A stretch of 64,000 bases of DNA, from IMG/VR virus record IMGVR_UViG_3300047510_002509. One strand, 5' to 3'. The position numbers and the translations under genes were made by a program. This document shows positions 43,816-52,366 of the stretch, in pieces (the first letter of the stretch is position 1; every line of letters begins with the position of its first letter). The notes beneath the pieces are model-generated. The model was not told where the DNA came from. It ran no database searches and saw only the letters and a list, made by a program, of their open reading frames with translations. This DNA is from a virus.

Positions 43816-43837
43816 TTTTCCGGGCTCTCTTTCCGTT
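43816..43837 (-). repeat. 22-bp dispersed motif, copy 5
   Basis: AACGGAAAGAGAGCCCGGAAAA overlapping the -35 position of the leaderless promoter for 43790. Confidence 0.8.
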
Positions 43838-43892
43838 AAAAGCAGCGGCGCGTTGAGAAATTAAGGGTTGGGGAAGAAGGTAGGGTTGTGGA

Positions 43893-44624
43893 GTGATTTA
43901 TGAGTGGAAAATGGATGGGGTTGTCCGAAATTACGGAGATGCCTTAGCTGAGCTAGTTACGCCCCCTTCTGTCTATGCTGCTTGGGCTGCAGATACTGAA
44001 CACATGTTCTTCCCTATGGGAAGTGTGATATGTAATGAAATAATGAATGAAACAATTCAAAGAAGATTAAAACCAGTATTTGTTGCATGTGGGTGGCGTG
44101 GGGAAGAATTAAATCCGACACTAGTTGGGATGTCACAGTTTGTAGGAGCAAGAGGACCACACACCCAAGCAGAACTTGCAAAACATGGGGTAGATGTAGA
44201 GGTAACTATGGACCCTGGTTATGTAGTACCAGACTTACTATCAAAAGCATCTCCAACAGGTCTAGCTATTGTCATTCGTCATATAAAAGACCCCTCTGAT
44301 TACAACGAATTTACAAAGCACGAGTATGGAGCCGATGAAGTCATAAGCGCAGCTATTAATACAATAGATGACACCATTGCGCTAACTCACCAAATCTCTG
44401 GCTCAAGATTCGTTTTGGCGGGTGCTATGCATGCTGCAATTGTGGCTCATGCTTATAACATTCCGTTTGCTCTACTAAACGGACCCTACATCGACTGCCT
44501 GCCTAAATGGTATGACTGGTTTGCTTCGGTAAACTTAGGAGAGCCAGTCTTCGTCTCAAACGTAGCCGAAGGGCGTAAGTGGTACAACGACAACGTAAGG
44601 AATAGGAATACAGATGGCATTTGA
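43893..44624 (+). CDS. Polysaccharide pyruvyl transferase family protein
   Basis: NYGDAL, RGPHT, DPG, AMHAAIVAHAYNIP. Confidence 0.8.
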   Translation: MIYEWKMDGVVRNYGDALAELVTPPSVYAAWAADTEHMFFPMGSVICNEIMNETIQRRLKPVFVACGWRGEELNPTLVGMSQFVGARGPHTQAELAKHGVDVEVTMDPGYVVPDLLSKASPTGLAIVIRHIKDPSDYNEFTKHEYGADEVISAAINTIDDTIALTHQISGSRFVLAGAMHAAIVAHAYNIPFALLNGPYIDCLPKWYDWFASVNLGEPVFVSNVAEGRKWYNDNVRNRNTDGI

Positions 44625-45024
44625 ATACAGCAAAGAAGAATGGATGCGCCATGCCGAATATGAACTTGATTTGGCTGGGGATGAGCCAGCTCTAAAAGAA
44701 TTTTATTTAAAAATGGTAGATCTTTTTACAAACTATCCACACACTGAACACACTTTATATTTTATGCCAGAAGCTTTAGAAAAACTTTTTCGCCATGAAA
44801 ATCTACGTCATCTAACAGAACACCCTAATGAATGGGTAAAAGTTGCAGATGATGTTTGGAGAAATAAAAGAAATCCTCGTGCATTTTCAAACGATGGGGG
44901 TATGACAACTGTTATGTTCCCAAGATTTCAAGAAAACTCTACAAACAACAACATAAAACTAACTAACACCCCAGAGAATGTGCTTGAGTTGTTTAATAAA
45001 CTAGGCGAAGTTAAAAACTTTTAA
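44614..45024 (+). CDS. Hypothetical protein
   Basis: ORF track; overlaps the upstream gene. Confidence 0.7.
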   Translation: MAFEYSKEEWMRHAEYELDLAGDEPALKEFYLKMVDLFTNYPHTEHTLYFMPEALEKLFRHENLRHLTEHPNEWVKVADDVWRNKRNPRAFSNDGGMTTVMFPRFQENSTNNNIKLTNTPENVLELFNKLGEVKNF

Positions 45025-45260
45025 TTAGATTTAGAAGGATAGTTTTCAGCATCATCTGCCCAAAGTAGGTCGAAGATGTTTGATGGCATAGAGTCACCCT
45101 TTTTCTGGTGCGCCTTGAGATGGTCAACCATTTCTTGAGTTGATTCTGCTTTATAGAAGCTATCTATCATGTCACCAAAACTACACATAGTGCAGACCAC
45201 TCCACCCCGAGCATCTGCGTAAACATAAACATCATCGCTAAAAAATCTTGCGTATGCCAT
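45021..45260 (-). CDS. Hypothetical protein
   Basis: ORF track; SD AGGAG. Confidence 0.7.
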   Translation of the reverse strand: MAYARFFSDDVYVYADARGGVVCTMCSFGDMIDSFYKAESTQEMVDHLKAHQKKGDSMPSNIFDLLWADDAENYPSKSN

Positions 45261-45269
45261 TACTGTCTC

Positions 45270-45518
45270 CTATTTGCTTTTATTCTCTTTTGATTTTGGT
45301 TTAAATTTAGTCAGCCAAGATTTGTCAGAGTATTTAACCCACTCATACACAAAGATACACCCAGCGATTAGAAGCCCGAGTGAAAGCGACTGCACGATGT
45401 AGTAAGTGCTTGGGTCAATAAGGTATGTGTCCCAAGGGAAGGTATAAGCGACTACTGGAAATGCAATTACATTTCCAAATACAACTGAGATTACGATGCT
45501 TTTATATACGTTTGTCAT
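45270..45518 (-). CDS. Two-TM membrane protein
   Basis: Two hydrophobic helices; SD AAAGGA. Confidence 0.65.
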   Translation of the reverse strand: MTNVYKSIVISVVFGNVIAFPVVAYTFPWDTYLIDPSTYYIVQSLSLGLLIAGCIFVYEWVKYSDKSWLTKFKPKSKENKSK

Positions 45519-45554
45519 TATGTCCTTTCTAATTATTCTTTTATTGTATCGAAT

Positions 45555-46340
45555 TTAATTATTAGTTTCAACAATCCGAGTGTACTTAATTCCACTGCCA
45601 CCATTGTCTTTAGCCCAGCCGCTGATAGAGCGTATTTCGGTTCTATCTCCTGGCTTACCGCCAGCATGAATCATCTCATCGGGGCCTACATAGATTCCAA
45701 TATGGTAGGCGCTTCCGTAGCTTTTGTGGTTGAAGGACACTAAGTCGCCAATTTTTGGCTCCGTGACAAACTCACCTGAGATTCTTTGCTTTGTTGCACT
45801 ATGTTCTAGGTCAATACCGAGGTGGGCGTATGTCCAGCGAACAAGCCCTGAGCAATCCCAAGACCTTGTAGTGGAGCCAGCAAATACCCAAGGGGTTATG
45901 CCAATTTGATTTTTTACTAAGACAAGAGTCTCGTTTAGGGTTTTAGTGTTTTTGGCTATTTCTTCTAGCCTAGCAATTTCTGCTTCTAGTTCGGCTTGCA
46001 CTTTTGCAGCCTCTGCCTCGATGGCAGCTTGCTTACGCTCTGCGTCAGATTTGAGTTTATCTTTTGCAGCTTTTTCCTGAGCCATCCAATCTAAGGAACC
46101 AACTAGTGGTGCATCCGAGCTAAATATGGGTCCAGCTTGGAGGACTTGTTTTTGTACAGGACCAGAAATAACAGTCTCTCTTTGTACAGGAGAGTTAATA
46201 GTTGGAGATAGTTTTGTTACTTGTCCTGAGATTACTTTGCTGTTAGCTGAGCGATCTACATCCGCTGTGGCCTCCGCGAAAGCAATCGTGGAGCTTGTCG
46301 TAATTAATCCAATAGCAATTACTAATAGAAGCTTTTTCAT
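45555..46340 (-). CDS. Secreted NlpC/P60 peptidoglycan endopeptidase with coiled coil
   Basis: Signal peptide; WDCSGLV, HIGIYVG, MIHA. Confidence 0.9.
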   Translation of the reverse strand: MKKLLLVIAIGLITTSSTIAFAEATADVDRSANSKVISGQVTKLSPTINSPVQRETVISGPVQKQVLQAGPIFSSDAPLVGSLDWMAQEKAAKDKLKSDAERKQAAIEAEAAKVQAELEAEIARLEEIAKNTKTLNETLVLVKNQIGITPWVFAGSTTRSWDCSGLVRWTYAHLGIDLEHSATKQRISGEFVTEPKIGDLVSFNHKSYGSAYHIGIYVGPDEMIHAGGKPGDRTEIRSISGWAKDNGGSGIKYTRIVETNN

Positions 46341-46520
46341 TTGGCGACCTACCTTTCCTTGGTAGTTAGTACTCGGTCGTTGAGTGTTGAGCTATATTCA
46401 GTTTTATAGTGGAAATTCCATTATAAGCAATTTATTATTTCTTTTTCATAAAATGAACAATAATTTTCAAATATTGAAAATGTCATTCATCTTTATGTCA
46501 TTTAAACACTAGCCTAATTA

Positions 46521-46865
46521 CTACATTTCATCAAGAAAAACCTGAATAAAAGCCCTTTCTTCCTGTGAAAGTAGGTGTTTTAGCTCTAAATACTTCCTGT
46601 AATTATGCTCTCGAAAGTATACAGATTCGCCTTTTGGGGTCAGATTTATCTCTATAAGACCCTTCTGCCATAGGGTATTAGCCGTTTCTCCAACATCAGC
46701 TAATTGCATTTTCCATAGTTCTGGAAAAAGGTGCTCGCAGTCTGAAGTCACTCTATATACAGGTTCCCCTGTCTCCTCGGAAACTCCATATAACTCTATG
46801 GCACCCATCTCTAAAAAGAGATTGAAAAGATAATCTAACCTGTCTTCACTTGGATTTTCTGACAC
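46521..46865 (-). CDS. Hypothetical protein
   Basis: ORF track. Confidence 0.65.
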   Translation of the reverse strand: MSENPSEDRLDYLFNLFLEMGAIELYGVSEETGEPVYRVTSDCEHLFPELWKMQLADVGETANTLWQKGLIEINLTPKGESVYFREHNYRKYLELKHLLSQEERAFIQVFLDEM

Positions 46866-46867
46866 TT

Positions 46868-47173
46868 TTACTCTTCTTCGTCAGCGTCAAAATCTAAGTC
46901 TTCTAGGTCCATCTCCTCTGTATTTTCGGGGTCTAATTGAAAAACTATGGTGTCTTCTAAAACATCATGTTCGGTAATAATGAGGGCTACCAATCTAATA
47001 GCTTGACGGTCTTTAAATCCAGCTTTTATAAGTGACTTATAAAGCTCGAACATTTGCATGGCATCTTCGTCCATAGACGAAATACCAAGGTCAACCTCTA
47101 GTCTATTGAATAAATCGTTAGACTCTGATTCACTCTTTTCCCGAGGTTCTTCGGGAGAGTTTTCCTCACTCAT
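46868..47173 (-). CDS. Acidic hypothetical protein
   Basis: ORF track; leaderless TAAACT-6 nt-ATG. Confidence 0.7.
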   Translation of the reverse strand: MSEENSPEEPREKSESESNDLFNRLEVDLGISSMDEDAMQMFELYKSLIKAGFKDRQAIRLVALIITEHDVLEDTIVFQLDPENTEEMDLEDLDFDADEEE

Positions 47174-47198
47174 AAATACAGTTTAGACCTGTACTTGT

Positions 47199-48278
47199 TT
47201 ATCTATTTTCTCCTACATATTCGTGAGAATAAGACCAACGATTTGGGTTTAATTGCCACCTCATGTTTGCACGTTCAACAAGACCATCAGAGCGTTTCAT
47301 ATGGTTTTTTGATGTTGGTTTCCACAATTTAGAAGTGTCTCTATACTCCCCCAAGCGGGGGTGAGAAGTCTTTGAAAAATATCTTTTTCCTTGATTTATA
47401 TAATACTCTGCAACTGCTTCTGAAATTCTTGGACCAAACCCAAGGCCTTGATAATCAGGATGTACAACTAAACGATGCTCACGCCAAGCATTTTGTATAG
47501 TGCCAGACGGATAAGTCATTGCTGCTACATAACCAACTAACTGTTGTTCCCAGACAGCCACGTAGCTGTGTGAGGCCTTATTGAGCTTTTCGGAGAGATA
47601 GTGGTGCGAAGCGAAGTATCCCCAAACGCTGTTGTGGGCAGGGTATATGTCGAGTACCAGTTCAGGTCGGTGAAGATACCTTCCCGAGGTCCATTCGCCG
47701 CGGTCAGTGTCAATAACCCAATCTGGCTCAAGGAACTCAAGGATGTCGCGGTGGACAGTTGCCAATACGACTCCTTTTATGTTGTTTCGACGAATGTATT
47801 TAGACATTGAAGTTGATGCAGCTTTGGCAACATTACGGTCTACAACCGAGGTGTACTCGTCAATGACAGCACCACTTTGTAAAGATATTGCTAAGTCAGC
47901 GCGAAACTTTTGTCCATTAGATAAAACCTGATAAGGCTTTACCCACTCGGGCACCGACATCAGCCCAGCGGCTGAAAGGCGCTCGCTGGCATCTACAGGG
48001 TCTTTAAAGTGAGATGCAATTGATTTGTTGTGGTCCCAAATTGGGACTACAGGATTTCCAAAAGATTGTAGGAGAGTTGACTTGCCTGTCCCAGAGGCAC
48101 CAACGATTACTCCAATTCCAAAGTCACTAGGAAGCTTTGGAAGAACAAACGGGTGAAAGGTTGAAAGACCGTTTGTTTCGTAATCGAAGGGACGAACTAG
48201 CTCTCGCGTAAGGCTGTCCATCTCAACTGTGGAGGTCAAGGGGGTAGATGACCTATCTAGTTTTTGCCAACTCTCCAT
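47199..48278 (-). CDS. ABC-type ATPase fused to a GNAT acetyltransferase
   Basis: Walker A GASGTGKS, signature LSNGQ, Walker B IDE; GNAT RLVVHPDYQGLGFG. Confidence 0.85.
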   Translation of the reverse strand: MESWQKLDRSSTPLTSTVEMDSLTRELVRPFDYETNGLSTFHPFVLPKLPSDFGIGVIVGASGTGKSTLLQSFGNPVVPIWDHNKSIASHFKDPVDASERLSAAGLMSVPEWVKPYQVLSNGQKFRADLAISLQSGAVIDEYTSVVDRNVAKAASTSMSKYIRRNNIKGVVLATVHRDILEFLEPDWVIDTDRGEWTSGRYLHRPELVLDIYPAHNSVWGYFASHHYLSEKLNKASHSYVAVWEQQLVGYVAAMTYPSGTIQNAWREHRLVVHPDYQGLGFGPRISEAVAEYYINQGKRYFSKTSHPRLGEYRDTSKLWKPTSKNHMKRSDGLVERANMRWQLNPNRWSYSHEYVGENR

Positions 48279-48316
48279 AGCTCCAGGCTATCAGAGAAAG
48301 TTAAAAAAGTCCAGGC

Positions 48317-49549
48317 TTAGAGCAAATCTGACCAGCTGATTGCGCCAATTGCAGATTGAGTTCCACCAAGAGAACGAATAGCAAGAGTTAAAGAGTCACT
48401 GACAGGGACATCTGCGTTTGTACGTCCAAGCTGAAGGTCCCAGCGTTGTAGGTTGCCATCCAAAGTTACAGCGGTGTTTGCTTGATTTGATGAAGACATC
48501 AATCCTTCTAAAACAGCTATACCTCCACTTAGACTGGTTGGAGAGATGTTGTATTCAACATTTCCAGTAGATGGGGTGTGAGATATCCATGTTCCACCAG
48601 TAACGGTTGCATTACGAAGAAGTGCCCACTCGTAGTTGCCTTGAGCTATAGGAAGGACTGTCAAACCAGTGGGAATAATAACTGAGTCAGTTCTGCCTGT
48701 AGCCATTCTAATAGAAACCAATGGATAGTAAGAAGAGCTTACGTTTACTGTTTCACTTCTGGCAGCACTCCATGATTCAGTGTGTCTTTGGTAGCCACCA
48801 TTTGAAACTACCGTAGCGCAGATTTGCTTCATAGAACTAGATGAAGAAGTTGTTCCTGTATTTTCAATTTCATATCGAATAGGTAAAGAAGCAGTTGTTA
48901 TGTAGACAGAGTCAACTCTGTTTGCGTGGTTAAATTGATGAGCAACAATAAAAAGACCGTCAACAGCAAAACCTAAACGTACAGACCCCGCCCCAAGCCA
49001 TTCATACTCTGAAAAAAAGATTTGAGCTTTAGTAAGGTCAAGAGCAACATCGCTAGGACCCGTGCCATTTAGTTTGTCTACATTCCATTCAGACTGTGGA
49101 ATGCGAGTTTCTATTACTTCTCCAGTAACAAAACTTCTACGAACAAAAGAAACGCTGGTTCCATCTAACTCTAGGTAGTAACCGTTTTGGCGACTAAAAT
49201 ATCCAGCTCTTTGTCGGAGGTTTGCTTTTGCTGGAGCAAAGACAAAAGTCTGCATAACCTGTAGAGATTTGCCAGGTTGGTAAGGAAAGACGCGTCTTGA
49301 CTCGCGGGTGACCGCATCCCCAGAAGCTGTGCCAACAGTCAATATCTCTGTACTTTGGTTTGCATTGTAAGAAATAGAAGCAGTTCCTGTAGTAGTGTCA
49401 CTATAGTCACCTGATGGTTTATAACGATGTTGGGAGTCAAAAAGAGTCACTGGTTCAGAGACTTTTGTGCGTCCAAACATATCCGTGCGAAACGCGTTTA
49501 TAAGATCACGAGATGGCTTGGATACGTTATTCAATGGTGACGATGACAT
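48317..49549 (-). CDS. Virion-type protein; compact paralog of the 10661 and 4548 giant proteins
   Basis: DMFGRTKVSEP, RESRRVFPYQPGKS, RIPQSEWNVD, EWLGAGSVRLGF, YPLVSIR. Confidence 0.7.
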   Translation of the reverse strand: MSSSPLNNVSKPSRDLINAFRTDMFGRTKVSEPVTLFDSQHRYKPSGDYSDTTTGTASISYNANQSTEILTVGTASGDAVTRESRRVFPYQPGKSLQVMQTFVFAPAKANLRQRAGYFSRQNGYYLELDGTSVSFVRRSFVTGEVIETRIPQSEWNVDKLNGTGPSDVALDLTKAQIFFSEYEWLGAGSVRLGFAVDGLFIVAHQFNHANRVDSVYITTASLPIRYEIENTGTTSSSSSMKQICATVVSNGGYQRHTESWSAARSETVNVSSSYYPLVSIRMATGRTDSVIIPTGLTVLPIAQGNYEWALLRNATVTGGTWISHTPSTGNVEYNISPTSLSGGIAVLEGLMSSSNQANTAVTLDGNLQRWDLQLGRTNADVPVSDSLTLAIRSLGGTQSAIGAISWSDLL

Positions 49550-49577
49550 GTATAAATTATCTCAGTAAGAAGCTATA

Positions 49578-49606
49578 TTGACTTTTAGATAGTAAGAAGG
49601 TATGAT
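49578..49606 (+). promoter_or_regulatory. Sigma70-type leaderless promoter
   Basis: TTGACT-17 nt-TATGAT-6 nt-ATG(49613). Confidence 0.85.
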
Positions 49607-49612
49607 ACATAA

Positions 49613-49933
49613 ATGGGCAGAAAGAAAAAAACGACAGAGCAAGTTGCTGCAGCCCCAAGTCCGACTGCTCACTGGATTACTTCTCAAGAAGTTGTCATTC
49701 ACGGTAGGCATGTAGTCTCTGGGTCAGAACTTTCTATCAAAGGTGAGCGAGGCAGATTCAATTTCATCAGACACGTAATCAACCCAAAAACTGGTTCTGA
49801 GTGGGTAGATGTAGTGGGTGGTCCGAGCGGATATAAGACCCTGAGGTCCTTCCACGTTGATAAGATTCGTAGGGTTCACAATAAAGTCAAGACCCGTGCT
49901 GGGCGTAAGGCTAAAGGATTGGATGTAGAATAA
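49613..49933 (+). CDS. Basic hypothetical protein
   Basis: ORF track; own promoter. Confidence 0.75.
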   Translation: MGRKKKTTEQVAAAPSPTAHWITSQEVVIHGRHVVSGSELSIKGERGRFNFIRHVINPKTGSEWVDVVGGPSGYKTLRSFHVDKIRRVHNKVKTRAGRKAKGLDVE

Positions 49934-49937
49934 AACT

Positions 49938-50222
49938 ATGAAATGTCTTTGCGGATTTGACCAGATGCCCAACAATGGGCGAGTCTTGGCTAACCATGTC
50001 CAAGCATGCATGATTGACGGTCCTTGTAAGGACATTCTTCCTGTACCTACAGTTGTGTGGCGTGATGGCGGGTTCTCCGTCGTACGGGCCGCTGAAGAGG
50101 GCGAACAGACCTATGAAATCGGTCTTGTCCGTTATAACCCTCCTGTTGAGGAAGAAGAAGAAGAGGCAGTTGTTGTCGTAGAAGAAACACCTGCTGAAAA
50201 AGCCCCTGCTTCAGAGGAATAA
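49938..50222 (+). CDS. Hypothetical protein (C.C..H...C, acidic tail)
   Basis: ORF track. Confidence 0.65.
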   Translation: MKCLCGFDQMPNNGRVLANHVQACMIDGPCKDILPVPTVVWRDGGFSVVRAAEEGEQTYEIGLVRYNPPVEEEEEEAVVVVEETPAEKAPASEE

Positions 50223-50247
50223 TTACTTTCTGCTGTAGGCTTTAGTT

Positions 50248-50634
50248 ATGCCTTTACACAACCATTTACTAGTAAACGGGTGGACACTTAACCCGCCGAC
50301 AGAAGAAAAAGTCGTTATCGACTGGATGCGCTCATTAGTTGAATCCATCGATATGAAGGTCATTCAAGGACCTTATGCCTCCTACGTAACAGCAGAAGGT
50401 AACCGCGGTCTAACTGCAGTAGTTATGATCGAAACCTCTCACATCGCTATGCACATCTGGGATGAGAATAAACCTTCTAAAGTCCAGTTTGATTTGTATA
50501 CATGTGGAGAGCTTCCTGTAAAACAGGTCTTAGATAATCTTGAAAGCAACCTTGGTCTTATTGACTACACCTATGTAGTTCTTGAGAGAACCGATGGATT
50601 TACAATCGAAGACTTTACAAAGCCTTCAAAGTAA
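50248..50634 (+). CDS. speD: S-adenosylmethionine decarboxylase-family pyruvoyl proenzyme
   Basis: GLTAVVMIETSHIAMHIW, FDLYTCG. Confidence 0.8.
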   Translation: MPLHNHLLVNGWTLNPPTEEKVVIDWMRSLVESIDMKVIQGPYASYVTAEGNRGLTAVVMIETSHIAMHIWDENKPSKVQFDLYTCGELPVKQVLDNLESNLGLIDYTYVVLERTDGFTIEDFTKPSK

Positions 50635-50838
50635 TTCAGACTCGTCAACAATATCTAAAGCTTTTTCAAAGAAGACATCTTCTTGTTTCATGTAATGATG
50701 CCGACAGAAGAATAAATCCCCTGCTTCAAAACTAACTCGATAATAAGCTTGATGATTACAAACATCACAACGCTCACGCAGAGTTACATACTCAAGTGGC
50801 GTATTGTCTAATTTTATAATTTGAGTAGTTTCACTCAT
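50626..50838 (-). CDS. Small actinobacterial-type Zn-binding protein
   Basis: RCDVC.HQAY...LFFCRHH. Confidence 0.65.
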   Translation of the reverse strand: MSETTQIIKLDNTPLEYVTLRERCDVCNHQAYYRVSFEAGDLFFCRHHYMKQEDVFFEKALDIVDESELL

Positions 50839-51067
50839 GGTTCATTTGCTCGTAAATTTCTTTGCACATAGGGCAAACAGGAAATTTTTTAGGGTCTCTA
50901 GATGGAACCCAAATTTTTCCACATAGAGCCATAATTGGAGTCCCGTTTACAAGGGCTTCCATAATTTCATCTTTAGGGGCATAGTGGGCGTAGCGCTCAT
51001 GGTCACCCTGCTCATAGAGCGTGCGGGTGTCCTCTTGATGCTGGGTTCCAGAACCGAGTAAGGTCAT
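50831..51067 (-). CDS. DUF3039 family protein
   Basis: GDHERYAHY...ALCGKIWVP.RDP..FPVCP.CKEIY. Confidence 0.85.
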   Translation of the reverse strand: MTLLGSGTQHQEDTRTLYEQGDHERYAHYAPKDEIMEALVNGTPIMALCGKIWVPSRDPKKFPVCPMCKEIYEQMNHE

Positions 51068-51076
51068 ATAGAGAGT

Positions 51077-52018
51077 TTAGTACTGGACTGGAACCATCAT
51101 TTCAAAAACCATGCTCTTTGGTAAAACAGCTATATGACTGGACACATCTTCTCTTCCAAAAGATATTAGGAAGTTGTCTTTGTGATCTGTTAGCCCAGCT
51201 GCAAACTCAACCCCAGGGCGGAAAAACTTAAAACCTTCAGAAACCGCAATAATCATGCCTTGAGAGTCATACTTAACAAAGTAGTGGACATAATCCCTTA
51301 TTGCAGAAGTACTCTGAGAAAAGGTGTTGGCTGACCAGTTAGTCATATTCTTAGTGAAAGTTCTATGACAAACTCCCAAATAAGTCCCATCTCCTAAAGC
51401 AAACAAATTGCTCCCACCTCTAAGCAAAGATACCTTTGGATTGTCAGTAAAAATCTGGGTCAATAGATTGTTTTGAACGGTGGCATTTGGCCCGTAAATA
51501 AAGTCAAAGTGCTCGCTTGGCTCGTTGGGGACCATCCAGTTCTTTTCTGGTCGTTGAGCGTCCATTCCTGCCATAATCTTGTAGTCGACAACTTTTGTAC
51601 ATTTTGAGTCAAGCCTTGCTATGCCAAAACGTGCATATGGAAAGTCTCCCTTTTCCATAACCACAAAGCTAAAATGCCACGCATTATCGCGATAGAAAAC
51701 TTTTGGGTCTTCTATGCCACGACGGAGCGCTCCAAGTTTTGATATGTCTATTTGACGCAAGTGTTTGAGCTTAAACTCTTTATCAAGTTCTGCCCACCAA
51801 ACGTTAGATTTAACTACATCACCAACTGTTACGTTGAGACCGCCAGTAGCTGTGAGTAAGTAGTTTGAAGAGCGAATCGCAACGACATACTTGTTTTTAT
51901 GTTTGCCAATAGATGCGTTAGTAGCAGACCATTTATTATCTTTAGGGTCTACTAAACGACACAAATCGATTATGTGACCGCCCAAGTCTGTGACAAATGG
52001 GAACTTTGATGGGTCCAT
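51077..52018 (-). CDS. Five-bladed beta-propeller glycosidase/phosphorylase-like protein (GH130-like)
   Basis: NASI, GIEDPK, EKNW, LRGG, VEFAAGL, SFG.ED. Confidence 0.6.
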   Translation of the reverse strand: MDPSKFPFVTDLGGHIIDLCRLVDPKDNKWSATNASIGKHKNKYVVAIRSSNYLLTATGGLNVTVGDVVKSNVWWAELDKEFKLKHLRQIDISKLGALRRGIEDPKVFYRDNAWHFSFVVMEKGDFPYARFGIARLDSKCTKVVDYKIMAGMDAQRPEKNWMVPNEPSEHFDFIYGPNATVQNNLLTQIFTDNPKVSLLRGGSNLFALGDGTYLGVCHRTFTKNMTNWSANTFSQSTSAIRDYVHYFVKYDSQGMIIAVSEGFKFFRPGVEFAAGLTDHKDNFLISFGREDVSSHIAVLPKSMVFEMMVPVQY

Positions 52019-52366
52019 TTATAGTCCTGTAAAGTGTTTGACCAAAAAAGTAGTAGCAAGAGCTATCCAAAGAATGTTGAACCAAATAAGAGTTGGCATT
52101 GTTTTGATAGTTGCAGACCAAACTAGTAAAAAACTGGTTACAAGAGCAATAATATAAAGCCACCAAATAGACACACCAAACAACAAACCTGGAATAATGA
52201 TTACAGCTTTTGTTGTAAAAGCAAGAAACTCAACTGTGTTAGGTGCATTCCAATAGGCTTTGGTTCCCATTGTCTTAAGAGCTGTAGCCCACTGGAAGTG
52301 TTTACGCCAGTTGCCATCAAAAACTTCTTTGTTAGTAAAAAAGTTAGGGTCTTTGTAATTTTTCAT
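52019..52366 (-). CDS. Membrane protein
   Basis: About three hydrophobic helices. Confidence 0.65.
   Translation of the reverse strand: MKNYKDPNFFTNKEVFDGNWRKHFQWATALKTMGTKAYWNAPNTVEFLAFTTKAVIIIPGLLFGVSIWWLYIIALVTSFLLVWSATIKTMPTLIWFNILWIALATTFLVKHFTGL

Noticed and set aside
36669-43837. 22-bp repeats as a CRISPR array
   Set aside because: Spacing is irregular (about 0.16 to 5 kb), the intervals are whole genes, and there are no cas genes.
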